In this document: positions 30,806-40,032 of the stretch, piece by piece
Layout of the letters: each line of letters begins with the position of its first letter
How positions within the stretch are numbered: position 1 is the first letter of the stretch
Assembly (NCBI GenBank): GCA_035063585.1
Contig: JAPSGB010000008.1
Coordinates: 224,001-288,000 of the forward strand
Direction of reading: 5' to 3'
Length of the DNA stretch: 64,000 nucleotides
From: Polyangiaceae bacterium
GTDB taxonomy: Bacteria; Myxococcota_A; Polyangia; Polyangiales; Polyangiaceae
The notes under the pieces: generated by a model
Databases searched by the model: none
What the model was told of the DNA's origin: nothing
The model's input: only the letters and a program-made list of their open reading frames with translations
Made by a program: the position numbers and the translations under genes

Positions 30806-31585
30806 TCAGCGGCGGAGCCAGTCGGCGAGCGCGCGTACCGCGTCGACCAGGAAGTCATCGAGTGGCTTCGCGCCCCCGAAGCCGAGCGGAACGCCGGCTG
30901 ACTCGCCGAGCAAGCCGGCGCGCGCGGTCGCCTCCTCGGCCTCTCGTCGGCTCGTCGAGGCGCGGCGCTCGTCCGCCTCCAGGCGCCGCGCCTCTTCGAG
31001 CCCGCCGGTCTCGACGAACCGCATGATCCTTGGCAGCTCGCCGGCGTCGAGCCATACGCCGTGCGCGCGGCACTCGTCGATGATGACGCCGCTCGAGCGC
31101 CCAAAGTTGCGCCGGTTCATCGTGAGCTGGCACATGGGGCACTTGACGTAGACGACGGAGCTCGCGTCCGGAACGAACCGGCGCGGGCGGCGCGGCGTCT
31201 GCTCGCCGTACTTCTCGCGCTGCTCGAGCAGACCCCGAAGCAGCGCATGCTCGACGAACTGGCCGCCGCACTCCCCGCAGTCGAAGAGCGTGCCCGGGCC
31301 GCCGTGAAACTCCTGGAACGGGAGCTGGCAGCGCGTGCACGAGAGGCGGGACGGCGCGCCGTCGGGCTCGAGCCCGAGCGGCTCGCCGCACTCGGCGCAG
31401 AGCGCGTCGTCGGGCACGTTCATGTGAAAGCAGCCCGCGCACCGCACCGAGGCGATGGCGGCGTGGCACTCTGGGCAGCTCCGGAGCGTGCGCCGGACCT
31501 GTCGGCCGCAGCCGGGGCAGAAATACGCCCCGCGCGGGTGGCCGAGGCGCGGCGCGGCGCGGTACGGGTTGGACACGCGCGTCAT
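30806..31585 (-). CDS. Multi-zinc-ribbon protein (double zinc ribbon + zf-TFIIB-like)
   Basis: Repeated CxxC pairs; CPMC..MNRRNFG..SGVIIDECRAHGVWLDAGEL. Confidence 0.8.
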   Translation of the reverse strand: MTRVSNPYRAAPRLGHPRGAYFCPGCGRQVRRTLRSCPECHAAIASVRCAGCFHMNVPDDALCAECGEPLGLEPDGAPSRLSCTRCQLPFQEFHGGPGTLFDCGECGGQFVEHALLRGLLEQREKYGEQTPRRPRRFVPDASSVVYVKCPMCQLTMNRRNFGRSSGVIIDECRAHGVWLDAGELPRIMRFVETGGLEEARRLEADERRASTSRREAEEATARAGLLGESAGVPLGFGGAKPLDDFLVDAVRALADWLRR

Positions 31586-31668
31586 GGTAGCACCCGCGGC
31601 CGCCCGCTCGGAGCGCTCGAGGTGAGACGGCGCTTGCCACGAAGGGCCATGAAGACGACCATCGCGTC

Positions 31669-33129
31669 ATGGCGCGGCGCGCTCGACTGGCGGTTCTCGC
31701 CGTACTCGTCGCCGGGTGCGGGCCGGCAGAGGTGGGCGAAGGGCCGCTCGGCGAGCGCTCCGAGCGGGTGTCGGCGCCGTCCGACGCGTACTGCTCGATC
31801 ACGGTGACCGGAACCGGCACGATCGATCTCGAGGGCGACTACCTGCCGCACGTGATTCAGTGCGAGAACGGCGGCGCCGGCCTCGAGGCGCTGAAGGCGC
31901 AGGCGATCGCGGCGCGCTCGGTCGCCTACTACGCGATCGCGACCGGCGGCAGCATCTGCGACGGTCAAGGCTGCCAGGTGTACTCGTGCGGCGCGACGCC
32001 GAACGCGACCCAGCGCGCCGCGGTCGACGCGACGCGCGGGATGTACCTCTCGTACGCGGGGATGCTGACCTACGGCTTCTACGTCGCCGGGGACGGCGCG
32101 ACCTCGCCGCCGGCCTGCCGAGGCGCCGGCGGCGCGACGGAGAAGTACGTCACCTATAACCAAGGTAAGAGCGGGACCGGTGTCACGCAGACCTCGCTTG
32201 GCTACATCGGCCCCCCCGGGTACGGGCAAAATCGCGGCTGCATGGGTCAGTGGGGCGCCCGCTGTCTCGAGAACGGCAAGGGCTATGACTACCGCCAGAT
32301 CCTGCAATTTTATTACGGCGACGACATCGGCACGCCGATCGCCAAGGGCCCCTGCACCGAGACCACGCCCGCGCTCGACGCCAAGTTCTCGAGCCAAGGG
32401 AGCGACGCGCCGGCCGATCCAGAAGGTAAAGCATATTATGAAGTGTGCGCGGGGGCGCCCGTGACCTTCTGGTTCACGCTCGAGAACACCGGCACCGCGA
32501 CCTGGACCGACAGCGGCGGCTCGGCCACCGGCTCGGCGGTGCGCCTCGGCGTGCCGGGAGACGCGCCGGATCCGTTCCTCGGCGTGAACCGCATGAGCCT
32601 CGCCGAGAACACCAACCCCGAGGTCGCTCCCGGCGGCGGCGACTGCGACGACCAGCCGACCTGCCGGAAGACGGTGTTCACGACCGGTCCCTCGCGCCCG
32701 GCGCGTGCGCCTCTGGCGCCGGGGCTCTACGAGACGCGCTGGCGGCTCTTGGACGAGGGGCGCACTTGGTTCGGCCCCGAGATGTACCTCACCTTCGACG
32801 TGGTGGATTGCGGGAGCGCGGGCGCAGCCGGGGCCGCTGGTCGGGGCGGCGCGGCCGGCGGCGCGAACGCGGCCGGCGCGGCGGGCTCGGGCTGGACGAG
32901 CGGCGGTGGCGCCGCGGGCGCGGGCGGGAGCGGGGCGCGCGTGGGCGTCGGGCAGCCCGCGCACTCCTCGAACGCCGGTGACGGCGACGGAGGGTGCGCG
33001 TGCCGCGCCGGTTCCGCGCCGAGCCGGCATCATCCGCTCGCGCTGCTCCTGTCGCTCGCCTCTGCGCTCGGGCTCGTGAGGGCGCGCTCGAGGTATCGCG
33101 CGCGCCGGTTCCCTGCCGCCCCGCGCTGA
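31669..33129 (+). CDS. SpoIID/LytB-domain lipoprotein with Ig-like domain and MYXO-CTERM anchor
   Basis: Lipobox LVAG-C; YLPHVIQCE, EALKAQAIAARS, MGQWGA, YRQILQFYY; LENTGTATW Ig-like domain; DGGCACR + hydrophobic + basic tail. Confidence 0.82.
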   Translation: MARRARLAVLAVLVAGCGPAEVGEGPLGERSERVSAPSDAYCSITVTGTGTIDLEGDYLPHVIQCENGGAGLEALKAQAIAARSVAYYAIATGGSICDGQGCQVYSCGATPNATQRAAVDATRGMYLSYAGMLTYGFYVAGDGATSPPACRGAGGATEKYVTYNQGKSGTGVTQTSLGYIGPPGYGQNRGCMGQWGARCLENGKGYDYRQILQFYYGDDIGTPIAKGPCTETTPALDAKFSSQGSDAPADPEGKAYYEVCAGAPVTFWFTLENTGTATWTDSGGSATGSAVRLGVPGDAPDPFLGVNRMSLAENTNPEVAPGGGDCDDQPTCRKTVFTTGPSRPARAPLAPGLYETRWRLLDEGRTWFGPEMYLTFDVVDCGSAGAAGAAGRGGAAGGANAAGAAGSGWTSGGGAAGAGGSGARVGVGQPAHSSNAGDGDGGCACRAGSAPSRHHPLALLLSLASALGLVRARSRYRARRFPAAPR

Positions 33130-33174
33130 CCGTCGGGGTCGCGAGGGCCGCCGGCTCGCGCTATGGTCGCGAGG

Positions 33175-34194
33175 ATGCAGGTAGACGCGAAGCAACTCCG
33201 CGCGCTCGCCGAGGCGCGCGTCGGCCGGTCGCTGCGCGACAAGTGGACGCTCGATCGCCTGCTCGATACCGGAGGCATGGCGAGCGTCTACGCAGGGACG
33301 CATCGCAACGGAAAGCGCGGCGCGGTCAAGGTCCTCCACCCGGCGTTCGGGGCGCACGAGCAGGTTCGCGCGCGGTTTCTACGGGAGGGCTACGCGGCCA
33401 ACAAGGTCGGGCACCCCGGCGCGGTCGAGGTGCTCGACGATGACGTGACCGAGGACGGCTCGGTCTTCCTGGTGATGGAGCTCCTCGAGGGCGAAGCGCT
33501 GAGCGAGCGGATGCGGCGGACGCGCGTGCTCACGCCGCTCGAGGCGTTCTTCGCGATGGAGCGGCTCTGCGACGTGCTCGTCGCCGCGCACGAGAAGGGC
33601 ATCGTGCATCGCGACATCAAGCCCGCCAACGTATTTGTGACCCGTGACGGCCGCATCAAGCTCCTCGACTTCGGGCTGGCGCGGGTGCGCGATCTCGCGA
33701 CCAGCAAGGACGTCACCGGCACGCTCGACGGCGTCGTGCTCGGGACCACCGCCTACCTTCCTCCCGAGCAAGCCCGCGGGAGGCCGGGCGAGATCGACGG
33801 ACGGACCGATCTCTGGGCGCTCGGGGCGATGACCTTCACGGCGCTGAGCGGTCAGCTCGTGCACCCCGAGGGCACCCCGGTGCAGCGCATCCTCGCGGCG
33901 GCGCGCAGTCCAGCCCGCTCGGTACGGACGGTCGCGCCCACGCTCCCCGACGACGCGGTCGCCGTGATCGATCGTGCGCTCGCCTTCGAGAAGGCGGACC
34001 GCTTTCCTGACGCGCGCGCGATGCAAGCGGAGGCTCGCGCGGTGTTCGCGCGGCTCGGGCGCGCGGGCGCGGCGCCGAAGAGCGTGCGGGCTCCCGCGTC
34101 GGAGGGGTCCGGGTCGCTCGACATCGACGTCGCGATCGACCTCGATCCGCTCACCATGAGCATCTCGTTCGCGCTCACGGAGACCGACGAGTGA
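33175..34194 (+). CDS. Hanks-type Ser/Thr protein kinase (soluble)
   Basis: GGMASVY, AVK, HRDIKPAN, DFG, YLPPEQ, DLWALG. Confidence 0.93.
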   Translation: MQVDAKQLRALAEARVGRSLRDKWTLDRLLDTGGMASVYAGTHRNGKRGAVKVLHPAFGAHEQVRARFLREGYAANKVGHPGAVEVLDDDVTEDGSVFLVMELLEGEALSERMRRTRVLTPLEAFFAMERLCDVLVAAHEKGIVHRDIKPANVFVTRDGRIKLLDFGLARVRDLATSKDVTGTLDGVVLGTTAYLPPEQARGRPGEIDGRTDLWALGAMTFTALSGQLVHPEGTPVQRILAAARSPARSVRTVAPTLPDDAVAVIDRALAFEKADRFPDARAMQAEARAVFARLGRAGAAPKSVRAPASEGSGSLDIDVAIDLDPLTMSISFALTETDE

Positions 34195-34254
34195 GGCCGA
34201 GCGCGCGTGCTCCCCGCTGACGCGCTCGGCCGAGCGCGCTAGGCTCGGCCGAGG

Positions 34255-36225
34255 ATGGCCGACCAACCCTGGATCATGCGGACGTACTCGGGGCACAGCA
34301 CCCCGAAGGCGTCCAACGAGCTCTATCGAGCAAACCTCGCGCGCGGACAGACGGGGCTCAGCGTGGCCTTCGATCTGCCGACCCAGCTCGGCTACGACTC
34401 GGACGCGCCCGAGGCGCGCGGCGAGGTCGGGCGGACGGGGGTGCCGATTTGCCACCTCGGAGACATGCGCGCGCTCTTCGACGGCATCGCGCTCGAGCGC
34501 ATGAACACCTCGATGACCATCAACGCGACCGCCGCGTGGCTGCTCGCGCTCTACGTGGCCGCCGCCGAAGAGCAGGGCGCGAGCGTCGCGAAGCTCCGGG
34601 GGACCACCCAGAACGACATCATCAAGGAGTACCTCTCGCGCGGCACCTACATCTTCCCGCCCGCGCCGAGCCTGCGGCTCATCGCGGACGTGATCCTGTT
34701 CGCGGTGCGCGAAATCCCCGACTTCAACCCGACCAACGTGTGCAGCTATCACCTCCAGGAGGCGGGCGCGACGCCCGAGCAGGAGATCGCCTACGCGCTC
34801 AGCACCGCCATCGCGGTGCTCGACGCGGTGAGAGCGCGCGGCGTCGAGGGCGGCGAGTTCGCGCAGGTGTTCGGGCGGCTCTCGTTCTTCTTGAACTCGA
34901 GCATCCGGTTCGTCGACGAGGTGTGCAAGGAGCGCGCCTTCACCGAGCTCTGGGACCGCCTCGGCCGAGAGCGGTACGAGGTCGCCGAGCCCGCGCTTCG
35001 CCGCTTCCGCTACGGCGTGCAGGTGAATTCGCTCGGGCTCACCGAACAGCAGCCCGAGAACAACATCGTCCGGATCGCCTTCGAGATGCTCGGAGTCACG
35101 CTGAGTCGACGTGCGCGCGCTCGCGCCGTGCAGCTCCCGGCGTGGAACGAGGCGCTCGGGCTGCCACGCCCGTGGGATCAGCAGCTCAGCCTCCGTACCC
35201 AGCAGATCCTCGCCTTCGAGACCGACCTGCTCGAGCACGGCGATCTCTTCGACGGCTCGCGGGTCGTCGAGGCGCGCTCGCGCGAGATCGCGGAGGCCGC
35301 GTGGGCCGAGGTCGAGGCGGTGCTCGCGCAGGGCGGCGCGGTGGCGGCGGTCGAGAGCGGGTACATCAAGGAGCGCCTGGTCGCCGCGAACGCGGCGCGC
35401 CTCGCGGCCATCGAGAGCGGCGCGCGGGTGGTGGTGGGGGTGAACCGCTACACCGAGAGCGCGCCGAGCCCGCTCACCGCGGCCGGCGCGGGCGTGATCC
35501 TGGAGATCGATCCCGAGGCCGAGCGCGAGCAGATCGAGCGGCTGCGAGCGTGGCGAGCGGAGCGCGATGCCGGCGCGGTCGCGCGCGCCCTCGGCGCGCT
35601 CCGCGAGGCGGCTGCGAGCGGCGAGAACGTGATGCCGGCGTCGATCGCCGCGGCCAAGGCCGGCGTCACCACTGGCGAGTGGGCCGGCGCGCTGCGCGAG
35701 GTGTTCGGCGAGTATCGCGCCCCGACCGGCGTCGGCGGCGCGCGCTCGCCCGCGCTCGCCGAGGACCGGCTCGCGGCGCTCCGCGAGGAGGTGAGCGCGC
35801 TCGAGCAGGTGCTCGGTCGCAGGCCGCGGCTGCTCATCGGCAAGCCCGGCCTCGACGGACACTCGAACGGCGCGGAGCAGATCGCGCTCCGCGCGCGCGA
35901 CGCCGGCTTCGAGGTCGTCTATCAAGGGATCCGGTCCTCGCCGAGCGAGCTCGCGCGCTCGGCGGTCGACGAGGGAGTGCACCTGGTCGGGCTGTCGGTG
36001 CTGAGCGGCGCGCACCTGCCGCTCGTCCGCGAGGTGCTCGCGAAGCTCCGCGAGCGCGGCGCGGGCGACCTGCCGGTGGTCGCCGGCGGGATCATCCCGG
36101 AGGGCGACGCGGAGGCGCTCCGGGAGCTGGGCGTCGCGCGGGTCTTCACCCCGAAAGATTTCGACCTGTCGCGGATCTTGACGGAGCTCGTCGCCGTCGT
36201 AAAAAGCGCGCATGCTGCCGGCTGA
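34255..36225 (+). CDS. ecm: Ethylmalonyl-CoA mutase (MeaA), B12-dependent
   Basis: MRTYSGHST, NVCSYHLQEAGA, FRYGVQVNSLGLTEQQPENN, GLDGHSNGAEQ (Ecm-type, not the RQY-type of Mcm). Confidence 0.92.
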   Translation: MADQPWIMRTYSGHSTPKASNELYRANLARGQTGLSVAFDLPTQLGYDSDAPEARGEVGRTGVPICHLGDMRALFDGIALERMNTSMTINATAAWLLALYVAAAEEQGASVAKLRGTTQNDIIKEYLSRGTYIFPPAPSLRLIADVILFAVREIPDFNPTNVCSYHLQEAGATPEQEIAYALSTAIAVLDAVRARGVEGGEFAQVFGRLSFFLNSSIRFVDEVCKERAFTELWDRLGRERYEVAEPALRRFRYGVQVNSLGLTEQQPENNIVRIAFEMLGVTLSRRARARAVQLPAWNEALGLPRPWDQQLSLRTQQILAFETDLLEHGDLFDGSRVVEARSREIAEAAWAEVEAVLAQGGAVAAVESGYIKERLVAANAARLAAIESGARVVVGVNRYTESAPSPLTAAGAGVILEIDPEAEREQIERLRAWRAERDAGAVARALGALREAAASGENVMPASIAAAKAGVTTGEWAGALREVFGEYRAPTGVGGARSPALAEDRLAALREEVSALEQVLGRRPRLLIGKPGLDGHSNGAEQIALRARDAGFEVVYQGIRSSPSELARSAVDEGVHLVGLSVLSGAHLPLVREVLAKLRERGAGDLPVVAGGIIPEGDAEALRELGVARVFTPKDFDLSRILTELVAVVKSAHAAG

Positions 36226-37165
36226 GCTCGCGAGCGGCGTCGCGCGCCGCGAGCCGCGCGCGGTCGCGCGCGCCATCTCGCTCGTGGAGGACCGGCGCGA
36301 GGAGGCGGCGCCGCGCATCGCCGCGCTCCTCGGAGCGCTCCCGAGCCGCGGCGGCGAGGAGCGGGTCGGCATCACCGGGCCGCCCGGGGTCGGCAAGAGC
36401 AGCCTCGTGAGCGCGCTGGCGCGCGTGGCGCGCGCCTCGGGTCGAACCGTGGGCGTGCTCGCCGTGGATCCATCGAGCCCGAGGAGCGGCGGCGCGCTGC
36501 TCGGGGACCGCGCGCGCATCGAGCTCGAGCCCGACGACACCGGCCTCTTCGTCCGCAGCATGGCGAGCGGCGGCGCGCTCGGCGGCCTCGCGAGCGCAGC
36601 GGGGGCCGCCATCGAGGTGCTCGCCGCGGCGTACGACCTCGTGCTCATCGAGACCACCGGGGTCGGCCAGAGCGAGACGGACGTCGAGCACGTCGCCGAC
36701 ACGGTGGTGATGGTGGTGCAGCCCGCGTCCGGGGACGTGCTCCAGTTCTTGAAGAGCGGGATCATCGAGATCCCGGACGTCTTCGTGGTGAACAAGGCGG
36801 ATCTCGGCGAGATCGCGGCGCGCGCGCGCGCCGAGCTGGCGGCGGCGCTCGACGCCGTCCACGCGGGCGAGCAGCCAGCGTGGCGGGCGCCGGTCATCAG
36901 CACGAGCGTGCCGGAGCGCAGGGGCTTCGATGAGCTCCTCGGCGTCATCGACGCGCACCGCGCGCACCTCGAAGCGACGTGCGGGATCGTCGCGCGCCGT
37001 CGGCGGGCCGCCGCGGCGTGGTCGCTCCGGCTCTTCCTGCGCCGCTACGGCGAGGTGGGCGTGGAGCGCGCTGGCGGCGCGAGCGCGCTCCGGGCACGGT
37101 TCGAGCGTGAGCTCGCCGCGGGGCGAACCGCCTTCGAGGCGGTTCGCGACGCCGGACGGCCCTGA
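36212..37165 (+). CDS. meaB: Mutase-associated GTPase chaperone MeaB/ArgK
   Basis: GITGPPGVGKSS, AVDPSS, GGALLGDR, ETTGVGQSE, NKAD; overlaps ecm. Confidence 0.93.
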   Translation: MLPAELASGVARREPRAVARAISLVEDRREEAAPRIAALLGALPSRGGEERVGITGPPGVGKSSLVSALARVARASGRTVGVLAVDPSSPRSGGALLGDRARIELEPDDTGLFVRSMASGGALGGLASAAGAAIEVLAAAYDLVLIETTGVGQSETDVEHVADTVVMVVQPASGDVLQFLKSGIIEIPDVFVVNKADLGEIAARARAELAAALDAVHAGEQPAWRAPVISTSVPERRGFDELLGVIDAHRAHLEATCGIVARRRRAAAAWSLRLFLRRYGEVGVERAGGASALRARFERELAAGRTAFEAVRDAGRP

Positions 37166-37187
37166 GGCCGCGCACGGGGGCCGCGGC

Positions 37188-37328
37188 TCAGGTCGCGGTC
37201 TTCGGCGGCGCCTTGGGCTGAGCCGCCTGCGCGTGCTCTTCGGCGCGCCGGAGCTCCCACTCGAGGTTCTTCTTGGCGCGACGCTTTCGCTGCCGCCGGC
37301 GCGTGCGAGGATCTTGGGGCGTTCCCAT
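37188..37328 (-). CDS. Small 46-aa basic protein (not in ORF track)
   Basis: MGTPQDPRTRRRQRKRRAKKNLEWELRRAEEHAQAAQPKAPPKTAT*; fills the gap between meaB and the esterase. Confidence 0.55.
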   Translation of the reverse strand: MGTPQDPRTRRRQRKRRAKKNLEWELRRAEEHAQAAQPKAPPKTAT

Positions 37329-37503
37329 GGCGCGCCGTGTCTAGCGCACCTTCCGCGCCATGTCGCGCGGAATTTTCTCGCGGGCGGGCCCGGCGGTTCC
37401 GCGCCGGGCCCGCCCACCCCCTCGGTCGTTCGAGGATGGCGGCTCGGGGCCGCCTCGGTCCCTTGCGCCGCGCTGCGTCAAGACGCACCTTGGAGGGCGT
37501 TGC

Positions 37504-38778
37504 ATGATATCTTGGCTGTTTCTCGCGGTAAGCCTGGTTGGGGCGGGGTTCACGGTGAACGCCTTCCTGCCGGCGCGGCGCGCCGGGCCGCTCTACCTGC
37601 CGAGCTTCTTCGCGTCGTGGCTCACCATCGAGCTCGCCGCCCATCACCTCGCCTGGCAGGCGCTCGCGACCGGCGGGTTCGTCGTGGCGGGCGCGCTCCG
37701 CGCGTGGCCCGGCGAGGTCGGGTTCGTCATCACGCTGGTGAGCTGGGCCGGGCTGCTCGCGCTGTGGAGCGAGGGGCGCCGCAGCGAGCGAGCGATGCGC
37801 CGCGAGCTCGGCCCGCTCCTCTCGAGCGGAGCGCGGCCCCGCGTGCCGCTGTGGCGGCGCGTCACGCCGTTTCCGTTTCGGAGCGCGCGGGTGAGGCGCA
37901 CCAACGGCGTCGAGTTCGCGCGGGTCGGCGGCCAGCGGCTCCGGCTCGACGTGTACGAGCCGCGCGAGCCGGGCGCGCGCCGCCCCGCAGTGCTGCAGAT
38001 CCACGGTGGCGCGTGGATCCTGGGCGACAAGAAGACCCAGGGGGTGCCGCTGCTCACTCACCTGGCCGCGAGCGGCTGGGTCTGCTTCAACGTGAACTAC
38101 CGGCTGAGCCCGGCGGCGACCTTTCCGGACCATCTGGTCGACCTCAAGCGCGCGCTCGCGTGGATCCGCGAGCACGCCGCAACCTACGGGGTCGATCCGC
38201 GCTTCATCGCCGTCACCGGCGGGAGCGCGGGCGGGCACCTCACGGCGCTCATGGCGCTCACCGAGAACGAGCCCCGCTATCAGCCGGGCTTCGAGGAGGC
38301 GGACACCTCGGTGCAGGCCGCGGTGCCCTTCTACGGCATCTACGATTTCTCTCCGGAGACCAGCCGCTTGCCGAGAGCGTTCTATCGGCGCGTGCTCGAG
38401 CCGTGGGTGATGAAGGCGTTCGCGGCCGACGAGCCCGAGCGCTTCCGCGAGGCGTCGCCCATCGCGCACGTGCGCGCGGACGCGCCGCCGTTCCTCGTGC
38501 TGCATGGCGATCGCGATACCTTGGCGCCACTCGCCGGCGCGCGGCGGTTCGTGGACGCGCTCCGGGCCCGGTCGCGCGCGCCCGTGCGCTACGTCGAGCT
38601 CGCCGGCGCGCAGCACGCCTTCGACGTGTTCCCTTCGCCGCGCTCGGTGCCGGTGATCGAGGGCGTGGAGCGCTTCCTCTCGGCGACGCGCGCGGCCGCT
38701 CGGGACGCGGCCGTGGAGAGCGGGCGGCAATCGGGCGAAGCCGTGCGCGCTCACGAGGCCGCCGCGCCGGCCGCCTGA
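37504..38778 (+). CDS. Membrane-anchored alpha/beta hydrolase (HSL-family esterase/lipase)
   Basis: N-terminal TMs; HGGAW, GGSAGG, HGDRD, HAFD. Confidence 0.88.
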   Translation: MISWLFLAVSLVGAGFTVNAFLPARRAGPLYLPSFFASWLTIELAAHHLAWQALATGGFVVAGALRAWPGEVGFVITLVSWAGLLALWSEGRRSERAMRRELGPLLSSGARPRVPLWRRVTPFPFRSARVRRTNGVEFARVGGQRLRLDVYEPREPGARRPAVLQIHGGAWILGDKKTQGVPLLTHLAASGWVCFNVNYRLSPAATFPDHLVDLKRALAWIREHAATYGVDPRFIAVTGGSAGGHLTALMALTENEPRYQPGFEEADTSVQAAVPFYGIYDFSPETSRLPRAFYRRVLEPWVMKAFAADEPERFREASPIAHVRADAPPFLVLHGDRDTLAPLAGARRFVDALRARSRAPVRYVELAGAQHAFDVFPSPRSVPVIEGVERFLSATRAAARDAAVESGRQSGEAVRAHEAAAPAA

Positions 38779-38809
38779 GCGCGGGCGCGCGGCGTGAAGC
38801 GCGCCCGCG

Positions 38810-39952
38810 TCACTTCACGAGGGTGAGGCAGCCGAGCACGATGCTGATGGTGGCCTGGAAATCGTGCTTCACGCTGTCGCAGACGCTCGGGCAGAGCACG
38901 ATTTGGGTCGGGCTCGTCGGGTCGTCGTAGGTCCAGTCGCCGCCCTTGGCGCAGTCGCCGCTCGCGAGCTTGGTCTTGGGGCCGCCCGAGCCGAGCTCCA
39001 CGTTGACGTGCGCGGTATCGTACTTGCCGCTCGAGACGTCACTCGGGAGCTGGTACTCGCAGGGGAGCGCCTCACCGCGCACCGTCGCGAGCGCGTCGCG
39101 GAACTCCTGCTCGACGTTGGTGCTCGAGACGACGATCGCGCTCGTCGTGCCGCCGGCCTGCGCGATCGTGTCCGCGAAGGTCTGGTCGACGCCGGGCAGG
39201 CCAACGACGAACGTCCGCACCGGTGGGGAGAAGCTCGCGCCGGCTGCGGCGAGCTTCGCGATCTCGGCCGTGCTCGTCGGATCGACCCCCGCGCAGGAGT
39301 CCGCCGGACCTTGCGGGACGCCGTCGGTCACGAGGAGCACCGCCGCCGAGTGGCCGGGGTTATTCTGCGCGACCTCGATCCCGGCGAGGAGCCCGCCGCC
39401 GAGTGCCGGCCAGGTCGGGGTCGTGAGTCCATTCGGAGCCGCGGCGGCGATGGCGTCGAGCAGCGCCTGCCGGTTGCCGGGGAGGGGCGCGAACGGCGTG
39501 TCGGGCGTCGCGTACGCGTGCTGGTCGCAGAGCGCGGGGCCGCCGGGCGGGCGAGGGAAGAACTTGAGCGCGACCGCGACGCCGTCGGAGTTCGGGTCCG
39601 ATACGAACGCGCTGAGGCCCGCCTTCGCGGCTTCCCACTTGAAGCCGTACATGCTCGACGACTTGTCCATCAAGACGTAGAGATGGAGCGGCCTGCTCTT
39701 CCCCTTCTCGGACACACCGAAGCAGCCGGCGTCCTCGTTGGCGTCGGGGGTCCCCGCCTCGAAGCCGGTCGTGCCCGCGCCGCCGGTCGCGCTCGCGCCG
39801 CCGGCCGCGCCGCCCAGACCCCCGGTCGCTCCGCTGCCTCCCGAGCCGACGCTCGAGGGCGGCGCGGCGTCCGCGCCGGAGCCGCAGGCGATGAACGCGG
39901 CGGTTGCGGTCGACCAGCAAGCGAGAATGACGCGGCGCGCTGTAGGCGACAT
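38810..39952 (-). CDS. vWA-domain lipoprotein
   Basis: GGAGGAG RBS; lipobox FIA-C; MIDAS DKSSSM, TPT, VLLVTDGVP. Confidence 0.85.
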   Translation of the reverse strand: MSPTARRVILACWSTATAAFIACGSGADAAPPSSVGSGGSGATGGLGGAAGGASATGGAGTTGFEAGTPDANEDAGCFGVSEKGKSRPLHLYVLMDKSSSMYGFKWEAAKAGLSAFVSDPNSDGVAVALKFFPRPPGGPALCDQHAYATPDTPFAPLPGNRQALLDAIAAAAPNGLTTPTWPALGGGLLAGIEVAQNNPGHSAAVLLVTDGVPQGPADSCAGVDPTSTAEIAKLAAAGASFSPPVRTFVVGLPGVDQTFADTIAQAGGTTSAIVVSSTNVEQEFRDALATVRGEALPCEYQLPSDVSSGKYDTAHVNVELGSGGPKTKLASGDCAKGGDWTYDDPTSPTQIVLCPSVCDSVKHDFQATISIVLGCLTLVK

Positions 39953-40032
39953 GAAGCTCCTCCGGAGGATAACCCAGCCGCGCCGCGCACGCCCGCTTGA
40001 GCTAGCGCGAGGGACGGTCCACACTCGCGGTC

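Noticed and set aside
34255..36225. Methylmalonyl-CoA or isobutyryl-CoA mutase call
   Set aside because: RTYSGH and DGHSNG motifs plus ccr/mcd context indicate Ecm/MeaA
33379..36948. 1189-aa minus-strand ORF
   Set aside because: Antisense shadow of the kinase, ecm and meaB
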